Both the position numbers and the translations under genes were made by a program. Shown here piece by piece: positions 48,251 through 59,874 of a stretch of DNA of 64,000 nt. Below the pieces are notes generated by a model. The model was not told where the DNA came from. It did no database searches and saw only the letters and a program-made list of their open reading frames with translations. The stretch is taken from the NCBI GenBank assembly GCA_002189035.1, contig NEEC01000011.1:1550001-1614000 (forward strand), read 5' to 3'. Source of the stretch: Utricularia gibba (Eukaryota; Plantae; Magnoliophyta). Numbering within the stretch: position 1 is the first letter of the stretch; each line of letters starts with the position of its first letter.

Positions 48251-49131
48251 TTTTTTCAAAAATATCATTTCTATTATGTGAAAAAATGGACAAAGATTCA
48301 CTTTACTCTTTGATTTTTATAATAATGTTTTGGAATCATTGTAGTGATAGAGATGGGGCAGTGCGCTGATGCCTATTTTCGGCCTTTAGTTAATAGCACT
48401 ATTAGAGGCATTGATGTGAAGACATGAGCATACGTTGTTGTTCTGTGTTATTTCATTCATATTTTCAACAGAGGTTTTACAATGCATTTTATAGAGGAAA
48501 TTTTGTGACCGTTAATCCTATATCCAGAGATAGCCGTTGCCTCCTCCATTTAGCTGTGTATTAGGTTCTCCTTTTCAGCAGTAATCCCGTTGGGCTGCTG
48601 AGTGTTCTTCAGAATTGAGTCTTTGTCTTTCCAGGCCCATTTGAGAATATTCGGGTCAAGGACTATTAGGCCCAGCTCCTTTGTATTCACTCTTTTCTTC
48701 TTGGCTGCAGCTTGGCCCAGATAGCTTTCTCTTGCAGCTTCTTCACCGCATTTCGGCGATTTATCAGATTGGCTGTGTTGCTCAATGTCGCACTGCATCA
48801 TGTCTTCCTGCTTCAAATTTGCGTGAGACATATCGTCATGCACCTTCATTTAGTGATGATAGGCCTAAATGCTGGGATGGAATTCATTTTCATAAGGGTC
48901 AGGAATAGAATAAAAATATTATCTGTAGTACGGAATTAGGGTGCCGCTTGGCATCGGCATAGATCAAGAGCTCTTTAGCCACGCCTTCAGAAGGATCTCA
49001 CATGAAGGATAATGAAGATGCGATTAATTATTGGGAATATTGACTGACCGGAAGACATCAAGACATGACATGATGAGGTTAAAACACGGCGGCAACTTCT
49101 AGTGCTTGGCAACACCAATTGAGGAGTTTAA

Positions 49132-49698
49132 TCAGGTCGGAGAACTGCTCGGCGGACTTCTGGATGAAGACGCGTCACCTTTCACGCGCCGCCGCTGAGT
49201 TTTGTTTCCACTGCCAGGTGAAGAAGTATATCTTCTGATTTCACTACCGACGAGGGGCAGCACCGGGAACTGCCACTCAGACTTGCCATCCTCGGTTACG
49301 CGCTTCAGCAGTGGATTGCCGTCGAGGACAGCTTGTACGGCATCCTCGCAGCGGCGGCCTTCTCCGGAGGCGTACAGCCCGACACATCCATCCACTGGGT
49401 TGATCACCCGCCCGCAGGCTTCCGATAGCAGCGAGCGACAAACTTCTGCAACGTTATATTAACATTTTTTCCTAAACAAGGAAACCATGAAAACCCTATC
49501 ATGAAAACACCTACCCGGACGATATTCTGCAGGGGCTTGGCCGAGGAGGTTGACGAGGGCAGTTCTACCGTAGAATTTCGCAAGAAATCGGGTGGCGTTC
49601 GCCTGAGCGTCTGGGGATTCTATCGACTGAAGCGCGTCCCTGAGGACGCAACTCTCAGCGCAGGCTTTGCGAAGTTCCCGGCAGCCATTGCAACTCAT
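49132..49698 (-). CDS. LBD: Class II LBD, copy 2. Exons 49698-49515 and 49445-49132, 165 aa, short C-terminus.
   Basis: [17 protein letters not shown] zinc-finger motif, 69-nt phase-1 GT-AG intron, [17 protein letters not shown]; TATA (CTATAAAT on -) at 49757-49764. Confidence 0.9.
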
Positions 49699-52600
49699 CT
49701 CGTAGTATTGGAGAGATGGAGGACACTGACGCTTTGGTAAGGCATCAGACCAGGAATTTATAGACCAAATTGGTGACACACAGACAGTGCAGGAATAAAT
49801 GTGCCCAATCAACATTTCCTATTTCTTATCATGTCTTTAATAATTTATTTTAACCAATGAGAGCCCATGAATTTTCAAAAAACAAAAATCAAATAAAACG
49901 ACCCCATTGAAGTAACTGGTTTCCCCATTTGGAGATACTATTTATATATTAAATAAACTTTTCATAGAATATATATGTGATTCATATTTCCTGTAATTTT
50001 TTTTATAATTCTTTTTCTTATCTATTCTATATATATTTACTAAAAAAATATCATTAGGTAAAATGCACTGCTCATTTACCCATGTATGGCAGGCAATTGG
50101 TTGGTGGACTATCTTTGGTATAAAATCTCAAAAACTAATAAAGAAAATATAAAATACTCATAAATTTGGTTTATAAAATTGGGGGTTATTTTGAAAACTA
50201 TCGACTGTGTGTAGTGTGTGTTATCAAATTTAGAAAACTAATCATCATTTAATTTGTATGTAATATATTGTATTATAAATATTTTAATTTGTATTTTTAT
50301 ATATATAACAATGATTTTCTGTAAAATGGTTTTGCTAATTTTTTTTATTTTTTCAAAATTATCTTTTTATGAAAAATTAATCATTAAAATTATTAATATG
50401 ACTATTAATTATAAAAAACGGGTTGATTTTTATTATTGAATAATAATAATATTTTTACGTGTTTAAAATAAGTTTTTACAAAAAAAATTCTTAATTTGTG
50501 ACAATTAATATTTTTTTGTAAAGGATAAGATGTTATGGTAATTTAATGATATAAATATTGACTATTCAAATCAATATTAAATAATATTTTCATATCATGT
50601 ATCAAAACTCAAGCTAATAGAGCTACGGCAACCATAGCTCCTAACTCCTAATCGCTAACTAATCGGTTGCTTCTAAATACAATAATTACAGTAATTTGTT
50701 TTAGTGGAAATAATCCATCTTTAATAATATCAATATTAATAACATATATTTCTCAAAACAAAAAATAATTCTGAAAAATATAAAAATATATATTCAATAA
50801 AAAAATTTTACTTAAAATCATTCTTGTATATTAGAAAAATACAAATTATAATATTCATAATAAAATATATACATAAGAATTTAAAAGATAATTAATTTTC
50901 TAAATTTGAAAATGCACATAGGTATTTTTATAAAGGAAAAAAAACGTTTTTTAAATTACAATATTTTACTTATTTTCATTTTAAAGTCAAACATTTTAAT
51001 TTATGCAAAGTCAATAAGTTTATCAATAAATTCAATTTATGGCATATCAGTCAACTATTTTAAAAATTTTTAAAATTTGAGATAAATATTTTTAAAGAGA
51101 ATTAAACTTTAATATACATTTTTAAAAAATATTGTAAATTTTTAAAAAATTATTCAAGAAATACTAAAAAATTATGAAAAATTATTACATTTTTTTTCTA
51201 GTTTTATTTCTTATAATATCCTATAAAATGATATTATAAAAATAATAATTCTATACACAAAACTTCTTTTATCTCTTCGTATTTCAATTTTAATCAAAGA
51301 CCTTTATGCAAATTAAAATATCAAAATAAAAGGCTTGTTAAGATGTGTGATACATTTGGTGTAATTGAAGAAGAAACATGTGAGAATGACATAATATTTT
51401 AGAGAAATGATAATAAAGCATTATCTATGTTTACGTATTATTATTAAAATGTTTCAATTTTAAAAAAAAATTGAATGATGGAAGTATCATAGAAGAAATA
51501 TTAAAAATTAAAAAAAATAATTTAAAAAAATTTAAAATATTTTTAAAAATATATATTGAATTTTAGTTCTATTTAAAAATATATATATCAAATTATAAAA
51601 AAATTTAAAATATTTTTTGGCCAAAATGCCATGAATTGAGTTTATTTGTAAACTTGTTGATTGAATTTTGATTAAGTTAAAATATTTGACTGTAAAATAA
51701 AAATAACTGAAACATTGTAACTTAAAAAATGATTATTACCTTTTATAAAGTCCATATAGTTGATTGAGTAGTTTTAAATAAATCACAAATTGTACCCTTA
51801 TTCTGGCTAACATGGGAAAGTAAGTGTGTCAGAGGCAACGAATTGGTAAAATAACTGACTTTGGAAAAATATGGTTAAAGTAACCGATTTTTTAAATTTA
51901 AAAATAACTGAATTACAACTTTTTTTGCTAACAATGAAAATTTAAAATTTAATTTAAAAATTGAGTAATTTTTTTATACAAAATTTCATCAATCTTTTTT
52001 TAAAAAAATCAAATAACGTAATTTTTATTTACCCATTATACTTGGATACCAAATATTTTTTTAAAATTTTTTATATATGTTTATTTTAAAAAGTAAAAAC
52101 ATTTAAAAAAATATTAGATCAAATGCAATTTATTTATTATAAAAAAATTTACACAGATTGCAAATAATTAATTTCAACCAATGCAATATTTATTTTAAAA
52201 AGACATATACGATGGTAAAAAAAAAGGCATTAGAGATTGGTATAACTAGATAATTTTTCATATTTCAAAAAGAAAATATCAATGAGATTAGGTAAAAGTC
52301 GGTCACCATATATATTATCCCGTATACTTTCTTGCTTTTCTTATGCACTGTTTGAGATTTTAGGAAAATGGGGATTCTTTTGCTTCATGTACAATTGAGG
52401 ATATTTTTTGTTTTTTGTTTTTCGAAAATTTCATAAGAATGTATGTGATTTTGAAAATCTTTCATAAAATTGGAGTAGTAGAGTGTTAGGAATAAATAAA
52501 TAATAATAGTAATAATAATAAAAAAAATCAAAGTAACTAAATTCCTCGTTTAATTTGTTTACATTGAAACTTAGTTCCTATCATCCAAAATGTTGTAATC

Positions 52601-52987
52601 ATAATATACTTTGTAAAAACATCATCCTAATATTGTGTTTTCGTCAACAATGGTTTCATTTTTTAAAAACTAAATATACATAAGTGAAAGAATTTTGTTG
52701 AAAAAAATATTTTTCATTATTCAACTAGTGGGTGTAAATAAGAATATTTTAATTTATCTAATTTAAATACAATATTTTTCAAAACAATTATAATTTTGAA
52801 AAATTTAAAGCAGATTTCGAAATTAAATGTAAACAATAGTAATCATTAATTTTATTTCGAAAATTGATATCAAATTATTATTTATAAATCTTTGAGTTAT
52901 TTTATAAAATTTATTTGAAAACTGAGTAATGTTTTTCCAAACTGTGTTACTTTACCAATACATTTATTATGACACAGATATTTTACC

Positions 52988-53260
52988 AAATTCCCCCCTT
53001 GTTCGTACAGGTTCCATCAACACGCACAGCCTTTTGGCATGTCTGTGGGCGGGGCATTCACCGGCCAGTCTATCGTGAGGCAACCAATGGGCTGGTCACG
53101 TGGGCGAGGCGCTGCTGGGCCCAGTGGCCTCCTTCGTGTCTGATTGAAGGGAGTGGCGTGCAGGGCGCAGCCAATCCATCCGGCCACGTGGGCGCAGCCC
53201 GATCTCACAAATCGGACATCAAGTGCACAAGTGTTGAAACGAGTGACGTGTTCCATGAAT
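52988..53260. promoter_or_regulatory. Conserved GC-rich distal element upstream of LBD copy 2
   Basis: Near-identical to 59060-59330; two G-boxes (CACGTG 53097-53102, 53185-53190), two CCAAT (53084, 53171), GGGCGGGG and TGGGCCC. Confidence 0.6.
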
Positions 53261-56257
53261 GTTGAGAGGTTGAATTTGAAAAACTGAGGAGGTGTTTCGT
53301 GGTGCATCACAAATGTGTTGCGCAACTTGGTGGTTAATTAGATTACCCCGACCACTGCAACCTGGCCCGGCAAATACGGTTAGATTGTATTTGACCGGTA
53401 TATTTAAATATATTTTAAAAAGATTTTAATATATGAAATAATAATGGGGGTGTTTTACACTATTTATAGGTAATTATAAATAGTTAATTTATTAAATAGG
53501 TGTTTTTCAATTTATAAGTAAATAAATTATTAGGAGATTTCTTTGTTGTTGAGGATGGATATGTTTTGGCAATGAATGGCACCATACTTGTTACCGTGAA
53601 TTAGTGAAACAAAATCATAAGGGGTGTGTTTCTTTAGTAATATTTGTGGGAATTTTCTTAATTTATAAATTCAATAATGTATTTGTTTCGCTTGTACGTG
53701 TTTCATATGTCACTCTTTTCTGAAATTTTCCACCAGGTCAAAGAAGTTGTTTTGATAATAAGAGAGAAAGCAATAGCTTGATCAGCAAACAAGGGTGACC
53801 TTTTCCTGAGTTTTCTACATCCAACATATACCCAAAGAATTAAAGAGAGATTTAATATTTTGAATCACAATAATATGAACAAAAGCAATTAGGAAAAAAA
53901 ATTAAAATTGGTGTACTAATATAATAAGAAGGAAAATTTACTATCAAAACAATCATAGATAGCAGAAAACTAGAGATTGAGTAGATGAAGATTCATATGT
54001 GAGGTGGTAAAATTCAACATTCATACATTATTTACTTCAAAACCTTTGATATCTGTAGAAGGGGGATTGGTTTGGTGATGATTGAAGGAAGGCTTGTGGA
54101 AAAGCTGCGAACCCTAGGTCAAGTGGAACATCATTTATTCGAATTTTAAAAATATTGTATGATACATAAGGGTATTTTTTTAATTATAATAATGTATTAA
54201 ATTATAATATGAAATAAATATATTTTTACTACTTTCAAAACCAATTTTAAGTGATTTAAAAAACACTCTAATTATACAATAATCACAACTAGGTTCAGGG
54301 ATTACATAAAAATGTGTGCAAATGGGAGGTGTTGTCTGGTTTGACTAGTTGGCGTTTTCTTCTGGCATCCAAAGGACCATTTCTATCCACATTGGTTTTG
54401 TTATTCCTAAGTTAACGTTTTGGGTATCACAGAGCCAAACATACATAAAACTTTATGAAAGGAAGATTACGGCTTAGTTGAGTTTTGATTCCTATACATC
54501 GCCTCCTGAGATAGGAGCTGCTGTCCACCGCTTGTTCAGGGGACACCCCTTCAAGAAGATAGTGCTCAAGGTGACAGATTCAGCCACTCTCTGTGATCAG
54601 ATATCACTGGTGGTTGAGGCTCGGTAACCACCCTCTGCTTCTTTGTTTTGGAAAAGGATTGGGATCGTCAAACCTTCCCTGTTGTTGGTTGGCTGGGGCA
54701 ATACATGAGTAAGAGCAATTTGGGTTAAATGAAAAACCCTCCTCCTGTTGCAAAAACAAATGGCAAATTAGACATTCCAGTAGCTAGACTGGACCGGCCA
54801 CACGAAAGGATGGGTTTGGCTGGTACTAGGCCGGATCAGGCCGCAGAAAATATGCGAAGAAATACATTCAAATAAGAAGAATATTGACACCAGAAATCAT
54901 TCAATCTCAAAACTCAAATTAGGGAATGCAGAAGATACCAAAGAGAACATCGAATATTTTAGATATTCGCTAATTGGGATTAAATATATATACACACGCA
55001 CATTGAACGCATCCGAAAAATCATGTACCCGATGTGCATCCGGCTCGTAATTTCCCACAAATCGCAGGGAATCCTGCAACGTTGGATGTGCTTGTGTCAA
55101 TCAAACTGGTGGGCTATGGCCGACGCATTTGGCGGGTTGGGCCATGGACTATGGGCTAAGTACCCATCTTGTTAAATAGATCTCTTGCCCCGAGACCCGC
55201 AAGATGGGCTGTTGGATAACCAGAGGAATCCATCTCGTAGGCCAGACGATGCAAGACTGGCCGGTCTAACGGAGATGGAAGATAATTCATTATAAAAATT
55301 ATTTATCTTTCCTGCATCTCCATCTATTGTTTGGTTCCTAGGGCACATGGTTCGTACAATCTTTGCGTCATGGCTGACAGCAGGGACAATAAACACAGCC
55401 CAAAATAAATAAACGTTAAATAACAATTTGTAACACTAGTCATACCTAATGTAACCAAAATTAATCGATTTTCATTATGATGTTATTATAATGATGCATC
55501 ATGTAAGATATGATATAATTATCGTCACTTTGAATCACACAAGATATGAATACGATAAAATCATTATCAATTCAATTGTACGAGATACAAACACAATATA
55601 ACCCTAACAAAGTATCATTCAATTCACCAAACTTTATATGTGAATGTAAAAAATACAAACACGTAATTTTTTTGGGTTTGGAATCAGATACAATTCACGG
55701 CGTTGTGAATTAGCTCAATTTTTAAAAATTCTAAAAACTACTTAGATATTCATTGCACATTTTTAATAAATTGAAGTATTCATTGCAATTTTGAAACTTA
55801 AATATTATACTCTTTATAATGACCAAAAACTTGAGTTGTTATTTTCACAATTTTTTCCAAAGTTCATTTCTGTGACAAAAATAGACAAACTTAGGTTCAC
55901 TATTTTTTATAATAAAGTTTTGGAATCATTATAGCGATAGAGATAGGGCAGTGTGCTGATGCCTATTTTCGGCCTTTAGGGATGATAGACCTAAATGCTG
56001 GGATGGAAATAATTTTGAAGAGGGTCAGGAAGAGAATAAAAATATATATCTGTAGTACGTAGTTTAGGGTCGCTGCTTGGCATCGGAATAGATCAAGAGC
56101 TCTATAGCCACACTTTCAGAAGGATCTCACCAGAAGGATAATGAAGATGCGATTAATTATTGGGAATATTGACTGAACGGACGACATCAAGACATGAAAT
56201 GATGAGGTTAAAACACAGCGGCAACTTGGAGGTGGTTTGCAACACCAATTGGGGAGT

Positions 56258-56809
56258 TCAATCACGTGGGAGAACTGCTCGGCGAACTGAAGAGGCGTCA
56301 TTTTTCACGCGCCGGCGCTGAAGTTTTTTTCCACTGCTGGGTGAAGAAGTGTATCTTCTGATTTCACTGCCGACGAGGGGCAGCACCGGGAACTGCCACT
56401 CAGACTTGCCATCCTCGGTTACGCGCTTCAGGAGTGGAGTGCCGTCGAGGACCGCTTGAACGGCATCCTCGCAGCGGCGGCCTTCTCCGGAGGCGTACAG
56501 CCCGAAAGATCCGTCCACTGGGTTGATCACCCGCCCGCAGGCTTCCGATAGTAGCGAGCGACAAACTTCTGCAATGAAACATTAACATTTTTTTTTCTGA
56601 ACAATGAAATCATGAAAACACTTACGCGGACGATGTTCTGCTGGGGCTTGGCCGAGGAGGTTGACGAGGCCAGTTCTTCCGTAGAATTTCGCAAGAAACA
56701 GGGTGGCGTTCGCCTGAGCTTCTGGGGAATCTATCGACTGAAGCGCGTCCCTGAGGACGCAACTCTCAGCGCAGGCTTTGCGAAGAGCCCGGCAGCCATT
56801 GCAACTCAT
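56258..56809 (-). CDS. LBD: Class II LBD, copy 3. Exons 56809-56626 and 56568-56258, 164 aa.
   Basis: [17 protein letters not shown], 57-nt phase-1 GT-AG intron (C|GTAAG ... TTGCAG|AA), [17 protein letters not shown]; a 7-nt deletion relative to copy 2 changes the last residues. Confidence 0.88.
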
Positions 56810-57883
56810 CTCGTAGTATTGAAGAGATGGAGGACACTGAGGCTTTGGGAATTTTAACCTGCAATTTGTAAACCAAATTGGTGACAGATAGTGCAGGATT
56901 AAATGTGCCCAATCAACATTTCCTATTTCTTATCGTGTCTTTAAAAATTTATTTTAACCAATGAGAGCTCATTAATTTTTTTTTAAAAAAATCAATTAAA
57001 ACGACTCATTGAAGTAATTGGGTTCCCTATTTGGAGATACAATTTATCTATTTATTTAATAAACGTGTCATACAATATATATGTGATTCATATTGCATGT
57101 AAATTTTTTAATAATTCTTTTTCTTATCTACTTAATATATATTTACTAAAAAAATATCATTAGGTAAAATGTACTGCTCATTTACCCATGTATGGCTGGC
57201 AGTTGGTTGGTGGACTATGTTTGGATATAAAATCTCAACTCATAAATTAAATGGTCTACAAAATTGAGGTTTATTTTGAAAACTACCTATTGTGTGTAGT
57301 ATGTGACGTGTTATCAAATTTAGAAAACTACTCATCATTTGTTTTGTATGTATATGTTGTATTATAAATATTATAATTTGTGTTTTTATATATTAAATAA
57401 TGATTTCAGCAAAATGGGTTTGCTAAACTTTTTTTTATATTTTTCCAGAAATTATTTTGTTTCATGAAATCTATATTATTACTATTACAATTATTAATAA
57501 GATTATTTATCATAAAAAACGGGTTGGTTTTTTTATTCAAAAAAATAATATTTTTACTTGTTTAAAAAAAGTTTTTAGAATTTTTTTTTGTTAATTTGTT
57601 TGGATAAGTAATGTTTTTGTGTAAGCGATAATTTGTTTTACACGGTGTTTAATGATATAAATATTGATTTTTTCAAATCAATATAAAATAATATTTTCAT
57701 ATCATGTAACAAAATACAATAATTACACTTATTTGTTTTAGTTGGAAATAATCCTTCTTTAATAATCTCAATATTAATAATTTACATTTCATAATAAAAA
57801 AATAAATCAAAAAAATATAAAAATACATTCAACAACACCATTATACTAAAAATCATAATTTTACATTAGAAAAATACAAATTA

Positions 57884-57905
57884 ATATATATATATATATA
57901 TATAT
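57884..57905. repeat. (AT)n microsatellite
   Basis: About 11 uninterrupted AT units. Confidence 0.85.
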
Positions 57906-59059
57906 CTATACATACAAATTAAAAAGATGATTAATTTTCTAAATTTGAAAATAGCATTGAGAATTAACGAATTGGAAAAATGACAGACTTCGGAAAAATA
58001 TTATGAAAGTAACCAATTTTTCAAAATAAATTTGAAAAATAATGATTTTTTATTAACAATGAAAATTTATAATTTAATTTAAAAATGTTTTAATTTTTTA
58101 TAAAAAATTTCATCAATTTTTAAAAAATTAAATAATGTTGTATACACCTATTATACTTGGATAAAAAATATTTTTAAAAAAGCTATTTTGATTATGTAAT
58201 TTATTTTTAAAAAGTTAAATAATTCTAAAAAAATATTACATCAAATGCAATTTATTTATTTTAAAAATAAAAATACACAAAGTGCAAATAATTAATTCCA
58301 TCTAATGCGATATTTATTTAAAAAAATAAAAACATATACAATGACAATAATAAAGACAAAAGAGATCACTATAACTGAATAATTTTTCATATCCCAAAGA
58401 GACATTATCAATGAGATTAGGCAAGAGTCTGACATCATATATATTATCGTACATACCCTCTTGCTTTTTCTATGCGTCGTATGAGATTTTAGGAAAATGG
58501 AGATTCTTGTGCTTCATGAAAAGTTTGAATTTTTTTTTTTTTTGAAAATTTCATAAGGAAGAAGGTGATTTTCAAAATCTTTCATAAAAAATAGAGGATG
58601 AGAGTGTTATGAATAAATAATAGTAATAATAATAATCATTAAAGTAACAAAATTCCTCATTGAATTTGTTCAATTTGAGGCTTAGTTCCTATCATTCGAA
58701 ATGTTTTGATTATAATGTTTTACAAAAATATCATCCTAATATTACATTTTTCCCAATGATGGTTTTATTTTTTAAAAAATAAATATACCTAATTACAAGA
58801 ATTTTGTTGAAAAAATATTTTTTATTTATTCAACTAGTGTGTGTAAATAAGAATACTTTAATTTATCTAATTTTAAATAAAATATTTTTCAAAAAATTAT
58901 AATTTTGAAAAATTTAAAGTAGATTATTAAGCAAATTGATATAAAATTATTATTTATAAATCTTTGAGTTACTTTATAAAATTTACTTGAAAACTCATTA
59001 ATATTTTCCCGAACTGGGTTACTTTACCAATACATTTATTGTGACACAGTTATTTTACC

Positions 59060-59330
59060 AAATTCCCCCCTTGTTCGTACAGGTTCCATCAACACGCACA
59101 GCCTTTTGGCATGTCTGAGGGCGGGCATTCACCGGTCAGTCTATCGTGAGGCAACCAATGGGCTGGTCACGTGGGCGAGGCGCTGCTGGGCCCAGTGGCC
59201 TCCTTCATGTCTGATTGAAGGGAGTGGAGTGCAGGGCGCAGCCAATGCATCCGGCCACGTGGGCGCAGCCCGATCTCACAAATCGGACATCAATTGTACA
59301 AGTGTTAGAACGAGTGACGTAGTTCCATGA
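59060..59330. promoter_or_regulatory. Conserved GC-rich distal element upstream of LBD copy 3
   Basis: Paralogue of 52988-53260 with both G-boxes and both CCAAT boxes retained. Confidence 0.6.
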
Positions 59331-59390
59331 GTTTTGAATTATTTCAGAGGTTGAATATTAAAAACTAAGGAACTGCTTCGTGGTGGATGT

Positions 59391-59874
59391 CAGTTTTTAA
59401 AAACGGATTGAATCCAGTTTAACTATAGTTTTGGGTTGAATTATTTTTAAAATGATTTCATTAATTTTGAATTATATTTATCAAAATATTAGAATATAAT
59501 TATAAAATCATAATTTGGTACATCAAAATATTAAAAATATAAAATATAAAAATATATCTCTATACAATAATATTAAAATGTTTTATCAAAATCATATTTG
59601 TAATCTCATATCTCATTCAAATAATATGTAATTTAAATAGAAATGATTATTTTCTACTATCAATACAAATACATATATAAAAATATAACTATTTAGATTT
59701 ATTTAAAATATATATGAAATATATATACATATTTTATATTTATTCTTAAACATTCTCATAAAATATAATAAAAAATTAAGAAATTAAAAATAAAGAGTAA
59801 AGTTGGATCCAACCCACCAAAACATCGGTTCGGATCTAATCTAATTATGGGTCGAACCCATTTTTAAAACACTG
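59391..59874. mobile_element. hAT-type MITE (484 bp)
   Basis: TIRs cagtttttaaaaa ... tttttaaaacactg, 8-bp TSD gtggatgt/gtggatgg, and an empty site in unit 1 (~53296-53325). Confidence 0.85.

Larger units (their letters stand above)
46960..53580. repeat. Tandem segmental duplication, unit 1 (contains LBD copy 2)
   Basis: Collinear with 54309-~61550 from aaaatgtgtgcaaatgggaggtgttgtctgg (46960 / ~54309) to gaggatggatatgttttgg (~53551 / ~61524), with unit-specific indels. Confidence 0.92.

Noticed and set aside
53145-53156. GATTGAAGGGAG, a 12-nt match to the miR159/319 core (also in unit 2)
   Set aside because: Flanking bases do not match the mature miRNA and there is no long precursor fold-back, only a short local hairpin.
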